Part shown: piece by piece, positions 1 through 13,237 of the stretch
Numbering within the stretch: position 1 is the stretch's first letter
Layout: each line of letters starts with the position of its first letter
From: Balanoglossus misakiensis
Lineage: Eukaryota > Animalia > Hemichordata
DNA: 64,000 nt
Reading direction: 5' to 3'
Assembly (NCBI GenBank): GCA_040954595.2
Contig: CM082594.2
Location: forward strand, 1,072,247 to 1,136,246
Notes under the pieces: generated by a model
Told to the model about the DNA's origin: nothing
Databases searched by the model: none
Seen by the model: the letters and a program-made list of their open reading frames with translations, nothing else
Position numbers and translations under genes: made by a program

Positions 1-3000
1 ATAGTTAAACTCCAAAAATCTTCTTCTCCAGAACGGGCGATGACTGAGTCGCAAGATTCGGGGAGTATGGTCACTACACTGATGTCTATCAAGTTTGCAA
101 AGAGCATTGTGATTGGTTGAAGATTATGGCGGCCATATTGGATTTTGTAAAAAGCAGTGAAAAATTGAAATTCCGTTTTCTAGTCCAAAAATTGATAGCA
201 TACACATTCTTTTTATGGATATCAATCGTCATGTGACTAAAATATGTTACAATTTTTTGGCGATTTTTCACATGACCTTTGACCTACTTATCACGCGTTA
301 TTATTTCTGCATATCTAATTCCAGGCTAACCTATAGGGCTAGACGTTTGGTTTTTGATGCTTGTGGATTAGTGTGTGATCAAAATATTTTGCTACTTTTC
401 ATGACCCCTTTGACCTCTGCTGACCTCATTAATTATGTGCATAGCTAATTACAGGTGAACCAATAGAGCTAGAGGTTTGGTTTTTGTTGGACATGGACAA
501 GTATGGGATCAAAATTTTTTGCCCAAATGTTGGGTGACCTCTGGTGACCTTTGACCTACTTTCGCATATCTCAGCATCCAGAGCAGATACAGCCATGGCA
601 TTTGATAGGATGGGACCAAAATGTAAAGCCACATTTTTGGGTCACCTGTGACACCTGCTGACCTCATTAAATATGCACATACCTAATTACACGCGAACCA
701 ATAGAGCTAGAGTTTTGGTTTTTGTTGGACATAGACCAGTATGGGTTCAAAATTTTTTGCCCAAATGTTGGGTGACCTCAGGTGACCTTTGACCTACTTC
801 ACCCTATTTCAGCAGCAAAAATACACACATCCTTGTTATGTCATGAGATAATACATCTGATAGAAAATTATGTTTCTTCTCATTCATACTGTGCATATAT
901 AATTCAAGATCAGCGCTTGGGCCCGACAATGCTGCTCGCAGCTTTAATCTTTCTTTCTTTCTTTAGGGCCCAAGCGCAAGCCAGCGCTTGGGCCCTATTG
1001 GTTTCGTTGGGGTTTTTCTGTCTTTCCTTCTTTCTTTCTTCTTTCTTTATTCTTCTGTCAATTCTTTGTCGCTCTAGATCTCAGACACCACTGCAGGTAC
1101 AGTTCTCAAACTTGCTACAGTGGTCAAGGTCAATGAGTAGTCGTGCATTGAACCCATGAATTTTTAATTAGTCACATGACCTGGCGGCCATCTTGGATTT
1201 TCTGAAAAAATGCAAATCTCAGATCTCAGAAACTACAAGTCAGATCAACTTCAAATTTGGCGTGCAGGTAGACTACCTTCTGTCAAACATTTTTGTAATT
1301 GGAAATTATGCTGTCAATGTTGCAGTTTTTTTGCTACAATTTTTTTTCTGAAATCTGGCTTAAATTTCAAAAATCTTCTTCTCCAGAACCGGTGATAACC
1401 GAGACACGGGGTTTGGGGTATGTGGTCACCTAACTGATGTCTATCAAGTTTGCGAAGATCATTATGATTGGTCGAAGATTATGGCGGCCATATTGGATTT
1501 TCGAAAAACCCTAGTAAAATTTCAAAAATCTTCTTCTCGAGAACCGGCGATAACCGAGTCACAAGATTTTGTGTGTGTGGTCATTCAACGGATGTCTATC
1601 AAGTTTGCGAAGAGGAATGTGATTGGTCGAAGATTATGGCGGCCATATTGGATTTTGTGAAAAACGATTAAAAAGTAAAAATTCCCTTTCTAGCCTAAAA
1701 GTTGATAGCACAGAAATTCTTTTTATGGATATGAATCATCATATGCCAAGAATAAGCTATAAATATTTTGGTAATTTTGGCAATGACCTTTGACCTACTT
1801 TTGACGCATCAATTTTCTGCATATCTAATTCCAGGCTAACCAATAGGGCTATAAGTTTGGTTTTTGATGTATGTGGATTTGTATGTGATCAAAAAATTTT
1901 GCTACTTTTCATGACCCCTTTGACCTCTGCTGACCTCATTAAATATGCGCATACCTAATTACAGATGAACCAATAGACCTAGAGGTTTTGTTTTTGTTGG
2001 ACAGGACAAGTATGGGGTCAAAATTTTTTACCCAAATTTTGGGTGACCTCTGGTAACCTTTGACCTACTTTCGCAAATCTCAGCATCCACAGCAGATACA
2101 GCCTTGGCGTTTGGAGGTATGGGGCCATAATGAAAAGCCAAAGTTTTTGGTCACCTGTGACACCTGCTTAACTCATTATTTATGTGCATACCTAATTCCG
2201 GGCTAACCAAAAGGGTTAGAGGTCTGGTTTTTGTTGGACATGGACCACTATGGGTCAAAATTTTCTGCCCAAACTGTGGGTGACCTCTGGGTGACCTCTG
2301 ACCTACTTAACACTATATCAGCACTAAACATAGATATAATCTTGATATTTCATGGGATAAAACACAGCATTATGTTTCTACTCATTAATTATGTGCATAT
2401 CTAATAATCAAATCAGATAATAGAGCTTGGGCCCGGACAATGCTGCTTGCAGCTTTAATTCTTTCTTTCTTTTTTCTTGTGTCAATTCTTCGGCCAACTA
2501 AATCTCTGAAACTACTGCAGGTACACTGCTCAAACTTGCTACAGTGGTCAAGGTCTATGAGTAGATGTGCAGTGACTTGTGAATACTTAATTAGTCATGT
2601 GACCTGGCGGCCATATTGGATTTTCTGAAAAAAATCAAATCTCAGATCTCAGAAACTACAAGTCAGATCAACTTCAAATTTGGCATGCAGGTAGACTACC
2701 GTCTACCCATCATTTTTGTAATTGGAAATTTTGCTGTCAATGTTGCAGTTTTTTTGCTAGAATTTTTTTTCTGAAATCTGGCTTAAAATTCAAAAATCTT
2801 CTTCTCCAGAACCGGTGATAAACAAGACACGGGGTTTGGGGTATGTGGTCACCTAACTGATGTCTATCAAGTTTGCGAAGATCATTGTGATTGGTCCAAG
2901 ATTATGGCGGCCATATTGGATTTTCGAAAAACCATAGTTAAACTCCAAAAATCTTCTTCTCCAGAACGGGCGATAACTGAGTTGCAAGATTCGGGGAGTA

Positions 3001-6000
3001 TGGTCACTACACTGATGTCTATCAAGTTTGCAAAGAGCATTGTGATTGGTCGAAGATTATGGCGGCCATATTGGATTTTGTAAAAAGCAGTGAAAAATTG
3101 AAATTCCTTTTTCTAGTCTAAAAATTGATAGCATACAAATTCTTTTTATGGATATCAATCGTCATGTGACTAAAATATGTTACAATTTTTTGTCGATTTT
3201 TTACATGACCTTTGACCTACTTATCACGCGTTATTATTTCTGCATATCTAATTCCAGGCTAACCTATAGGGCTAGACGTTTGGTTTTTGATGAATGTGGA
3301 TTAGTGTGTGATCAAAATATTTTGCTACTTTTCATGACCCCTTTGACCTCAGCTGACCTCATTAATTATGTACATAGCTAATTACAGGCGAACCAATAGA
3401 GCTAGAGGTTTGGTTTTTGTTGGACATGGAACAGTATGGGATCAAAATGGTTTGCCCAAATATTGGGTGACCTCTGGTGACCTTTGACCTACTTTCGCAT
3501 ATCTCAGCATCCAGAGCAGATACAGCCTTGGCATTTGGCAGGATGGTACCAAAATATAAAGCCACATTTTTGGGTCACCTGTGACACCTGTTGACCTCAT
3601 TAATTATGTACATAGCTAATTACAGGCGAACCAATAGAGGTAGAGGTTTGGTTTTTGTTGAACATGGACCAGTATGGGGTCAAAATTTTTTGCCCGAATG
3701 TCTGGTGACCTTTGGTGACCTTTGACCTACTTTCGCATATCTCAACATCCAGAGCAGATACAGCCTTGGCATTTGGCAGGATGGGATCTAAATGTATAAC
3801 CAAATTTTTCGGTCACCTGTGACACCTGCTGACCTCATTAAATATGCACATACCTAATAACAGGCGAACCAATAGAGCTAGAGTTTTGGTTTTTGTTGGA
3901 CATAGACCAATATGGGTCAAAAAATTTTGCCCAAATGTTCGGTGACCTCAGGTGACCTTTGACCTACTTTACCCTATTTCAGCAGCAAAAATACACACAT
4001 CCTTGTTATGTCATGAGATAATACAGCCGATAGAAAATTCTGTTTCTTCTTATTCATACTGTGCATATATAAATCAAGATCAGCGCTTGGGCCCGACAAT
4101 GCTGCTCGCAGCTTTAATTCTTTCTTTCTTTATTCTTGTGTCAATTCTTTGACCCACGAGATCTCAGACACCGCTGCAGGTACACTTCTGAAACTTGCTA
4201 CAGTGGTCAAGGTCAATGAGTAGTCGTGCATTGAACCCTTGAATTTTTAATTAGTCACGTGACCTGGCGGCCATCTTGGATTTTCTGAAAAAATGCAAAT
4301 CTCAGATCTCAGAAACTACAAGTCAGATCGACTTCAAATTTGGCATGTTGGTAGACTACCTACTGCCCATCATTTTTGTAATTGAAAATTATGCTGACTA
4401 AGTTGCAGTTTTTTGCTACAATTTTTTTTCTGAAATCTGGCTTAAATTTCAAAAATCTTCTTCTCCAGAACCGGTGATAACCGAGACACAGGGTTTGGTG
4501 TATGTGGTCACCTAACTGATGTCTATCAAGTTTGCGAAGATCATTGTGATTGGTCGAAGATTTTGGCGGCCATATTGGATTTTCGAAAAACCCTAGTAAA
4601 ATTTCAAAAATCTTCTTCTCAAGAACCGGCGATAACCGAGTCACAAGATTTGGTGTGTGTGGTCATTAAACAGATGTCTATTAAGTTTGCTAAGAAGAAT
4701 GTGATTGGTCGAAGATTATGGCGGCCATATTGGATTTTGTGAAAAACGATTAAAAAGTAAAAATTGCCTTTCTAGCCTAAAAATTGTTAGCACAGAAATT
4801 CTTTTTATGGATATGAATCATCATATGACAAGAATAAGCTATAAATATTTTTGTAATTTTGGCAATGACCTTTGACCTACCTTTGACGCATCATTTTTCT
4901 GCATATCTAATTCCACTCTAACCAATAGGGCTATAAGTTTGGTGTTTGATGTATGTGGATTTGTATGTGATCAAAAAATGTTGCTACTTTTCATGACCTC
5001 TGCTGACCTCATTAAATATGCACATATCTAATTACAGATGAACCAATAGACCTAGAGGTTTTGTTTATGTTATACATGGACCAGTATGGGGTCAAAATAT
5101 TTTGCCCAAATAATTGGTGACCTCGGGTGACCTTTGACCTACTTTTGCATATCTCGACATCCACAGCAGATACAGCCTTGGCGTTTGGAGGTACATGTAT
5201 GGGGCCATACGGAAAAGACAAAGTTTTGGGTGACCTGTGACACCTGCTTGACTCATTATTTATGTGCATACCTAATTCTGGGCTAACCAAAAGGGCTAGA
5301 GGTTTTGTTTTTGTTATACATGGACCAGTATGGGGTCAAAATATTTTGCCCAAATGTTGGGTGACCTCGGGTGACCTTTGACCAACTTTTGCATAACTTG
5401 ACATCCACCGCAGATACAGCCTTGGCGTTTGGAGGTATGGGGCCATAATGAAAAGCCAAAGTTTTGGCTCACCTGTGACACCTGCTTAACTCATTATTAT
5501 GTGCATACCTAATTCTGGGCTAACCAAAAGGGCTAGAGGTCTGGTTTTTGTTGGACATGGACCACTATGGGTCAAAATTTTCTGCCCAAATTTTGGGTGA
5601 CCTCAGATGACCTTTGACCTACTTTTGCATATCTCGACATCCACAGCAGATACAGCCTTGGCGTTTGGAGGTATGGGGCCATAATGAAAAGCCAAAGTTT
5701 TGGTCACCTATGACACCTGCTTAACTCATTATTTATGTGCATACCTAATTCCGGGCTAACCAAAAGGGCTAGAGGTCTGGTTTTTGTTGGACATGCACCA
5801 CTATGGGTCAAAATTTTCTGCCCAAATTTTGGGTGACCTCAGATGACCTTTGACCTACTTAACACAATATCAGCACCAAACATAGATATAACCTTGATAT
5901 GTCATGGGATAAAACACAGCATTATGTTTCTACTCATTAATTATGTGCAGATCAGATAATAGAGCTTGGGCCCGGACAATGCTGCTTGCAGCTTTAATTC

Positions 6001-7158
6001 TTCTTCTTCTTCTTCTTCCGAGAAATTCGGCCAGGTAGATCTGGAAAACCGCTGCACCTAGGGGGCTAAACTTGGTAGGGTGATAGGGGCCAATGAGTAG
6101 ACGTGCAGTGGCTCGTGAATATTTAATTAGTCACGTGACCTGGCGGCCATATTAGATTTCCTGAAAATCGTTAAACGAGTCCTTCTCAAATTTGGTGTGC
6201 AGGTAGCCTACCTTCTGTCCATCATTTTACCCCATTGAAATCATGACGTCACACATAAAGTTTTTTTGCTACAATTGTTTTTCTGAAAAACTACTTAAAA
6301 CTTTAAAAATCTTCTTCTCCAGAACCAGCGATTGCCGATTCATGGGATTCGGGGTATGTGGTCACCTAACCTATGTTTATCAAGTTTGCGAAGCGCACTG
6401 TGATTGGTCGATCATTATGGCGGCCATGTTAAATTTTCGGAAAACCATTGAAAAATGTTGACAGCACGTAAATTCTTGTTTTGGATATGAGTCATCATAT
6501 GACCGGAAGTTGTTACAATTTTTCGGGGCAATTTTGACATGACCTTTGACCCAGTTTTAAAACAACTAATTATATATGCATATTCCCCATACCTCCTATT
6601 GTAAAAGCACCACAGTCATGAATTTTGTGGACATGGGTACCAATGCTGCCAGGACATGACACAACTATTTTGGTAATTTTGGCAATGACCCTTGACCTAT
6701 TTCTGAAACATCATTTTTCTGCATATCTAATTCCAGGCTAACCAATAGGGCTAGAGGTCTGGTTTTAGTTGGACATGGCCCACTCCGGGGTCAAAATTTT
6801 ATGCCCAAATTTTGGGTGACCTTGGATGACCTTTGATCTAATTTCCCATATCTCAGCATCCACAGCAGTTAGAGTCCTGGCTTTTGGAGGGCCGATGGAG
6901 CAGATATGGAGTCTTACACAAGACCTCATTAATTATGCGCATACCTAATTCTAGGCGAACCAATAGAGCTAGGTGTTTGGTTTTTGTTGGACCTAGACTA
7001 GTATGGGGTCCGATTTTTTTGCCCAAATTTGGGGTGACCTCAGGTGACCTTTGACCTACTTTCCAATATCTTGGTATCCACAGCAGATACAGCCTTGGCA
7101 TTTGCTTGTTACCATGGGAACCGCTTGTGCCCCGCCAACGCTGCTTGCAGCTTTAATT
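1..7158 (+). mobile_element. Stack of at least 5 non-autonomous Helentron-type (HINE/DINE-1-like) elements in an intron
   Basis: 5' end at ~964 has subTIR plus its inverted copy (AGGGCCCAAGCGC..GCGCTTGGGCCCT), followed by a (CTTT)n microsatellite. 3' ends (GCTTGGGCCC subTIR, stem-loop GCTGCTyGCAGC, TTTAAT) occur at ~948, 2460, 4118, 5999 and 7158. Internal ~240-bp subrepeats vary in copy number. No coding capacity. Confidence 0.8.
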
Positions 7159-7395
7159 GTATTTTGCATTTTCTCACGGTGGCGACCATATTCCTTTGCG
7201 GCGAAGATTTATTATTTGTCTGGTTTAAACTTGCATATGCACTCATACTTAGGGTTCATAATACTTGTACATAGTTCAGTGCATACTTCTGTATGGGCTA
7301 AAGGTGGTGCAGTTTGAAAAAAGGGTGATAATTTCCCAAAAGTACCAGCTGATGCACCGATTTATGTCTAATCTCTGTTTTGAATTTCTTGGCAG

Positions 7396-10300
7396 CTTAA
7401 CCCAAGTTGATAGTACCCTTCTTGTCCTGGACAGAAGTCTATCTGTCAGTACAAATGGTGTAACCGTATCAGTTGATGACAACTCGTGGCATAATGTTGT
7501 CATGGTAATTGAAGAAGGCATTGTGGCAGTTTACTTGAATGGTGTTGCAGTAACATCACCCCTTCCATCCTGGACAGGTATCGCTAACTCAGAAAAGTAA
7601 GTTGCTAGTAGAACTCCGAACATTTTTAACTCCTACAAAGCCATAGAAAATTGTCATCATCACATGTTAATATTCTATATTTTTCTATACTGTCAAGTTT
7701 TCCCAAGCCTCAAGAGAAGTGAACCATTTATTTGTGAAGCAGTTATCTTGTTTATAACTTATCTGCTAGGTAGCTTGTCTTACTCCTACATGACGATACA
7801 ATATCATCATAACATGTTGCGACTTACAACAAAACTGGCCAAAAAAATCAAGGGAGCTAACTATGGACATCAGCAAAGCTATCTTCGTGGCACTTTCAAA
7901 TTCAAACTTATGCGGAACGATACTGATTTTCACAGTTTATTTTTGACAACTTCTTACCAGCACTTTTAATGAATTCATTATTCTCTTGTTTTTCAACAGC
8001 TGTATGGTAATTCTTGGTCAAAGCTATGACGAAAATGGACTCCTTGACAACTATTTTAGCTTCCATGGTGATGTTACACAGATGAATGTATACGATTATG
8101 TATTGACTCCTGTTGAAATCCAGAGTCTGGCTTTGAACTGTTCACAAAGTCCACTTGGCAATCATGTCATGTGGGTTGAAATGGATCAAGAGTTATTGGG
8201 AAGTGTGGTCAAAATCCAGCCATCAGCTTGTGGAAGTACCAGGTGCCCAATTGGTTACTCTGGTTCACCATGCACACCTGTTGGTAAATAGCCTTATTCA
8301 TTACTATCAAACAATTTTATGCATAATCTGATGAGGAGAAATTGGGTCATATTCACAGAGTTGATTAATCCTAAATCCTTACTTTAACACAGCTCTCCTT
8401 GTAATGTTGTGTCTGTCCAGGGAAAACTGTGTGAAATTTTGAGTAGTTTTTCCTGTGTACATTCACCAGCCCCTAGCTGTTGTGTGTTGTACTCCAATCA
8501 CACAGCCTGCAATCTCCCTACTTTAGGAAGTATAGGGAATCATCATCTGCCCATGCCTGTATCGCTCACTCTTTTTGTTTCTACCGTACATGTATTTAAC
8601 ACTGAATGTAATGATACTATTCACAACCAACATCACCATCATCATCATCATAATCATCATCACCACCACCACCACCACCATCATCATCATCATCGTCATC
8701 ATCATCACCATCATCATCATCAGTTTCTGCTGTTCCAAGAACTAGGCTTATCATGAGTGTAATTGATCATATCAGTTATTATGCCTATGGATACCATCTC
8801 ATGACTCCTGTCCTATCTTGTAGTGTTTCTTGACAGTGATCTAGTCTATTCACATGTATCAGAAAACAAGCACTTAACAATATCTGGATTTCTGAATATG
8901 TGACAGATATTAACATCTAGTAGTGCATTTACCTAAATGTACCAGTGTATGCATAGGGGGTGTGGACCAGTTGTTTAATTTACAAACATTTGTTATTCTT
9001 TAACTTTTTTTTCTTCAGATAAACACGCTCCTGAAGTCATTTACTGTCCCAATACGACCCGTATAATTAGTCCTAATAGCTTGACAACAGGAGTATGGCA
9101 GGAGCCTATATTTACAGATGATGTCGCCATTGCCAATGTGACACAAACCTACACAATGGGTAAGTTTCCTATAAAATATCATTTCTGATTATAGATAATA
9201 TATAACATTCACACTAACTAAGTTTTTTTTATCGGGGTGGGGTGGGGAGTTGATCTAAACAGAAACCAACAAGCTGAGACAACTTTCCTAAGATTATGGT
9301 CAGTATGAAGCATACTGGTACAGTTTATTCTTGTGGCCGTTACTCATATATGGCTAGCACATCCTATGTGCGACAGATGATCTTGCTTCCAAGTATTAAA
9401 GCCTCAATTGCTGATACTATTACCATATGTTTATAGGCCCTTTCCTCGATCCCAGGGCAGTACAATGAAGTTAAAACTCGAAAGCATTTGTGTTTGCACG
9501 TAATTGTTTATTGGAAACAAAAGATTTGACCAACTGTTGAGCAAGGCCTTTAATCAGTAAAGTACTTAATATTCTCCACTACTACTGGGGATACCCATAC
9601 CACAAATGTTGTGTTCTCTTACAATGGGCAGTTGAATAAACGTGTGCGGCACCATATCTGTTTAGTATACATATCTTGTTCATGTTTATATGTACAGTCA
9701 CAATCAGGAGTTGATAATATGCCTGTGTATACCCACCAGATAGCTCACTTAAATGGACCATTCTAAGTTTGAAAAGAAAATCATGAAAAACATTCAAGAA
9801 ACGGAAGCTATTTTGGCTTTAGCACCCATGCCTGTAATGATGTGCATAATTTTGTTCTTACAGGTGACACCTTTTCCTGGGGAACCTACCAGATCAGCTA
9901 TGTTGCTTCAGATACAGCTGGCAACAATGCACAGTGCAACTTTTTACTCTATGTACTGCGTGAGTGAATTTTTTTATCATTCATACATAAACTTTACAAA
10001 TTAATTAATATCTTGACAAATTGTTATCTCTACCCCTTGTTATGTCTTGTCACATACTGTAAAACGGGACATTTTCGTGACAGAAAATATTTTGCAATAT
10101 ATCAAAAGAGGCAACTGTGACACGAGAATTAAATTTCCGCATTCTAGTATTTTACTAACTACTCTGTTATCTCTGAAAAACATTTTATGCGACTTTATTT
10201 TCTTCTTCTTTTTTGCCGAAGTTTGGGAAAATTTGCCGTTTTACAGTAATATGATTGCATCATTATCACTTTTGTCCCTATGTAACTATCAAAAATTATA

Positions 10301-13237
10301 ACAACATCATTCAGAACATACAAGGACACTCAAACCCGTCTAAAACAAACCCTGTCTAATCGGGAAACCTCTCTTCAACCAACAGTTTTTCCTAGTCCCT
10401 TTTACATAGAAACATGTTAATGTGTTGGTGTTCTGTTTAAAAGATTTGACTGTGTAATAAATATGGTTGTCACACATACACCATTAAGACAGTTCTGAAG
10501 CATCTCAGAATTGATACTGTCTTAAAAAACATGTGTGGACGGTGTAAGTGGTCCTGAAACGTCTCAGATTTGAGACGGCTCTGCCAGCCAGACCTGAGCC
10601 GGTGTAAGGATTAACACCTCTCCGCAACCCATTGTCTATGGGGCCGAGCCTCAGCGCCCATACATAAACTTTGTGTGTGTGGACACAACATGACTCAAAG
10701 GATTAATGCTCTGTGGTTAGCACTGGCAAATAGTGTCTCAAATTTTACCCTGTGTGAACCTGGTAAAAGAGGCATTGTGCCCTAGTGGCTAGGGTTGTGG
10801 GTTCGTTACCTAGACCTGGGCATTTGGGTAGTATTTGCCTGTTGGATGATATATGAGACACAGACATTTGGGTAGTATTTGCCTGTTGGATGATAGATGA
10901 AATAAAATTAAAAATATATAGACAAATAAACTGTGTTCTCCTTTCTTTTACAGCATTTGATTGTGAAAAGCCAGCACCACCAGTTAAAGGTATTTCCATC
11001 TGTAATGAGTTTGAGTCGGGTGTGTTCTGTCAGGTGGATTGTTTACCAGGATACAAGTTTGCAAGCCTGCCAGCACCTTACTATCTCTGCCATAGTGAAG
11101 GATATTTTAATCCTGAGAATCCAGACGAGGAATTCACCTTCCCTGGATGTTCAGGTGAGAAAAAAATGATTTGGTATCAGTAAAGAAATATAATCAGGTT
11201 GCACATGCACATTCAGAAAATGCTCCAAAGAGAGAGAGTTGTGAGAGGGGGTATTCCAGCATTGAGACAATTTTCTTTTAGTTATAAATGAAAAGAGAAA
11301 TATGAGTAATGCAAATTCTTGCTTTACAGTATGTCAAGGTTGTGATTACAGGTAGATAATTTGTTAACATCATATCTGCTTACCCCAATATAAAGCTCCA
11401 GTACATTTGAGCTATTTTCTTAATATTTTGTTCTGGGTAAGCAGCTGTAACTTTCCTGATTGGCTAATCGGTTTCGCAGTCTAAGTCAATACATCGTTCG
11501 CTAGATTGAAAATTGCATCTTTAACAAAATTTGTTTGTTTGTATTGTTCTACTGCAGCTCCTGGGAAGACTCAACGTGGAGTGAATTGTGGCGTGTCATA
11601 CAATTCACAGGCTGGTACATGTAACAATGGTGTCATCCAGCAATTGAGGATCAGTTTTATGAACACTATCAACTATCTGAATGATTTGTTTGGTATTTGT
11701 GGCGGTGAATGCAACTTTGATGACCTTGAAATAACCTGCAATGCCTCAAACCGAAGAAAGAGACAGGCTGATACTCAGCTTGTGGTTCAGTTCAGTTTCA
11801 CAACCAATGCGTGAGTAGTAATTGTAATTTTTCGAGTATTTTATTCCCCTTCTGTTCTATTGAAATGACTTTGGTGACATGTCTAGGGTACTGATCCCAG
11901 GCTGTGTGAGGACCAGCTCTGTATTCCCTATACAGCTGGTGTTTGCATTATTGCAAAATATTCCATTCATGCAAGTGAAAACAAATTATTTTGTGTCTTA
12001 ACACTCAAACATTTTCAGTTTTTGGCAACCCCATCATTTCTGCCCACCTTCCTTCATGTTGCGGCATCCTGTATTCTAAAGATTCGTGCATTCGAAATAT
12101 ACTGCAAAACGTGTTATTTTCGCGAGCAGTAAATTTCTGCAAAACATGCGCTGGTCAAAAAAACGTTAAAATAAAAAGTTGTGTAAAATGTTTTTGGAGA
12201 TAATGATGCAGTTAGTGAAATACGAGAACTCGAAAATTCGTCCTCACGTAACAGTCGCCTCTTTTAATATCGCGAAAATTTCCTGTCGTGAAAACAACCC
12301 AGTTTACAGTACACACTTCTGGTTGGTATTGTAATGTGGCATATGTAAGAATTTTTTGCCTGTTGTTTTATCCATTAGCTCTGCTGATGCTGCAGCTGTA
12401 GTTATTGAAGATGCAGTCAAGAAAGGTACTTTTGATACAGCTGAATATTCGGTCGACGCTGAGACATTACAAGTTGAAAGTACGATATTCTGTTCCAATG
12501 GTAGTGTTCTTGTTGGAGAAGAATGTGGTGAGTGCCTATACTCCTCAGTTGTTATGTACTTTAACCCTTTCACTCCCAGTTTCCTCTATAGAGGTCAAAC
12601 CTTACCATAGAAAACAATTGGTTTGGACTGAACCATGGTGGTGAAAGGATTAAAACTGTGTCCAAAATTAATATTATAAAAAGGTGTAGATGTTAATATG
12701 TTTATATCGCCTGATATGACCTGTTAGGTGGGCCGTATTGCTGCGAGTGTGGTTGTGAGTCGCAGTGTACAAATCAAAGACAAGTGTGAGTGGTAAATAA
12801 AACCCAACCAAGAGGTGATATAAGGAAATAATTGATTTGATATGCTCATACCAAGGAGGGACAAAGTCTCTTTCTCGCTGCCCTTTTTCCATTAATTATG
12901 TTTGATAGAAGACACAGTTAATGTTATTCTACATGTGGATATATAGTGAATCAACATTCAACCACACACAACTGCCATCCCACTTGTAGACACAAGAGTG
13001 AAAAACTGGCCAAAATGAATGCTGTGTGTTACAATTGTAGTTGTGTTTTAAACCATTAATGCATAATGATCAGTACATGAACAATGTATACATCTGCCTT
13101 CAACATTTTGTATTTCCACAGTATTGTGTCCTGAAGGGTCGTACCATGACACTGAGCTGAGTCAGTGCCATCCTTGTGCAATTGGATATTATCAACCCCT
13201 TGAAGGACAAACAGCATGCAATGCCTGTCCAAATTAA
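7396..13237 (+). CDS. Host gene segment upstream of the insertion (pentraxin, EGF, HYR, CCP exons and first half of the split exon)
   Basis: Half-exon 13122-13232 reads VLCPEGSYHDTELSQCHPCAIGYYQPLEGQTACNACPN and runs into an element-derived TAA at 13235-13237. Confidence 0.85.

Noticed and set aside
89-7274. Recurrent short ORFs in the first 7 kb
   Set aside because: Chance frames in HINE repeats; stops and indels differ among copies; no Rep or helicase motifs.
8409-8756. Poly-His ORF and antisense poly-Met ORF
   Set aside because: Translation of an intronic (CAT)n microsatellite; no compatible splice phase or domain.
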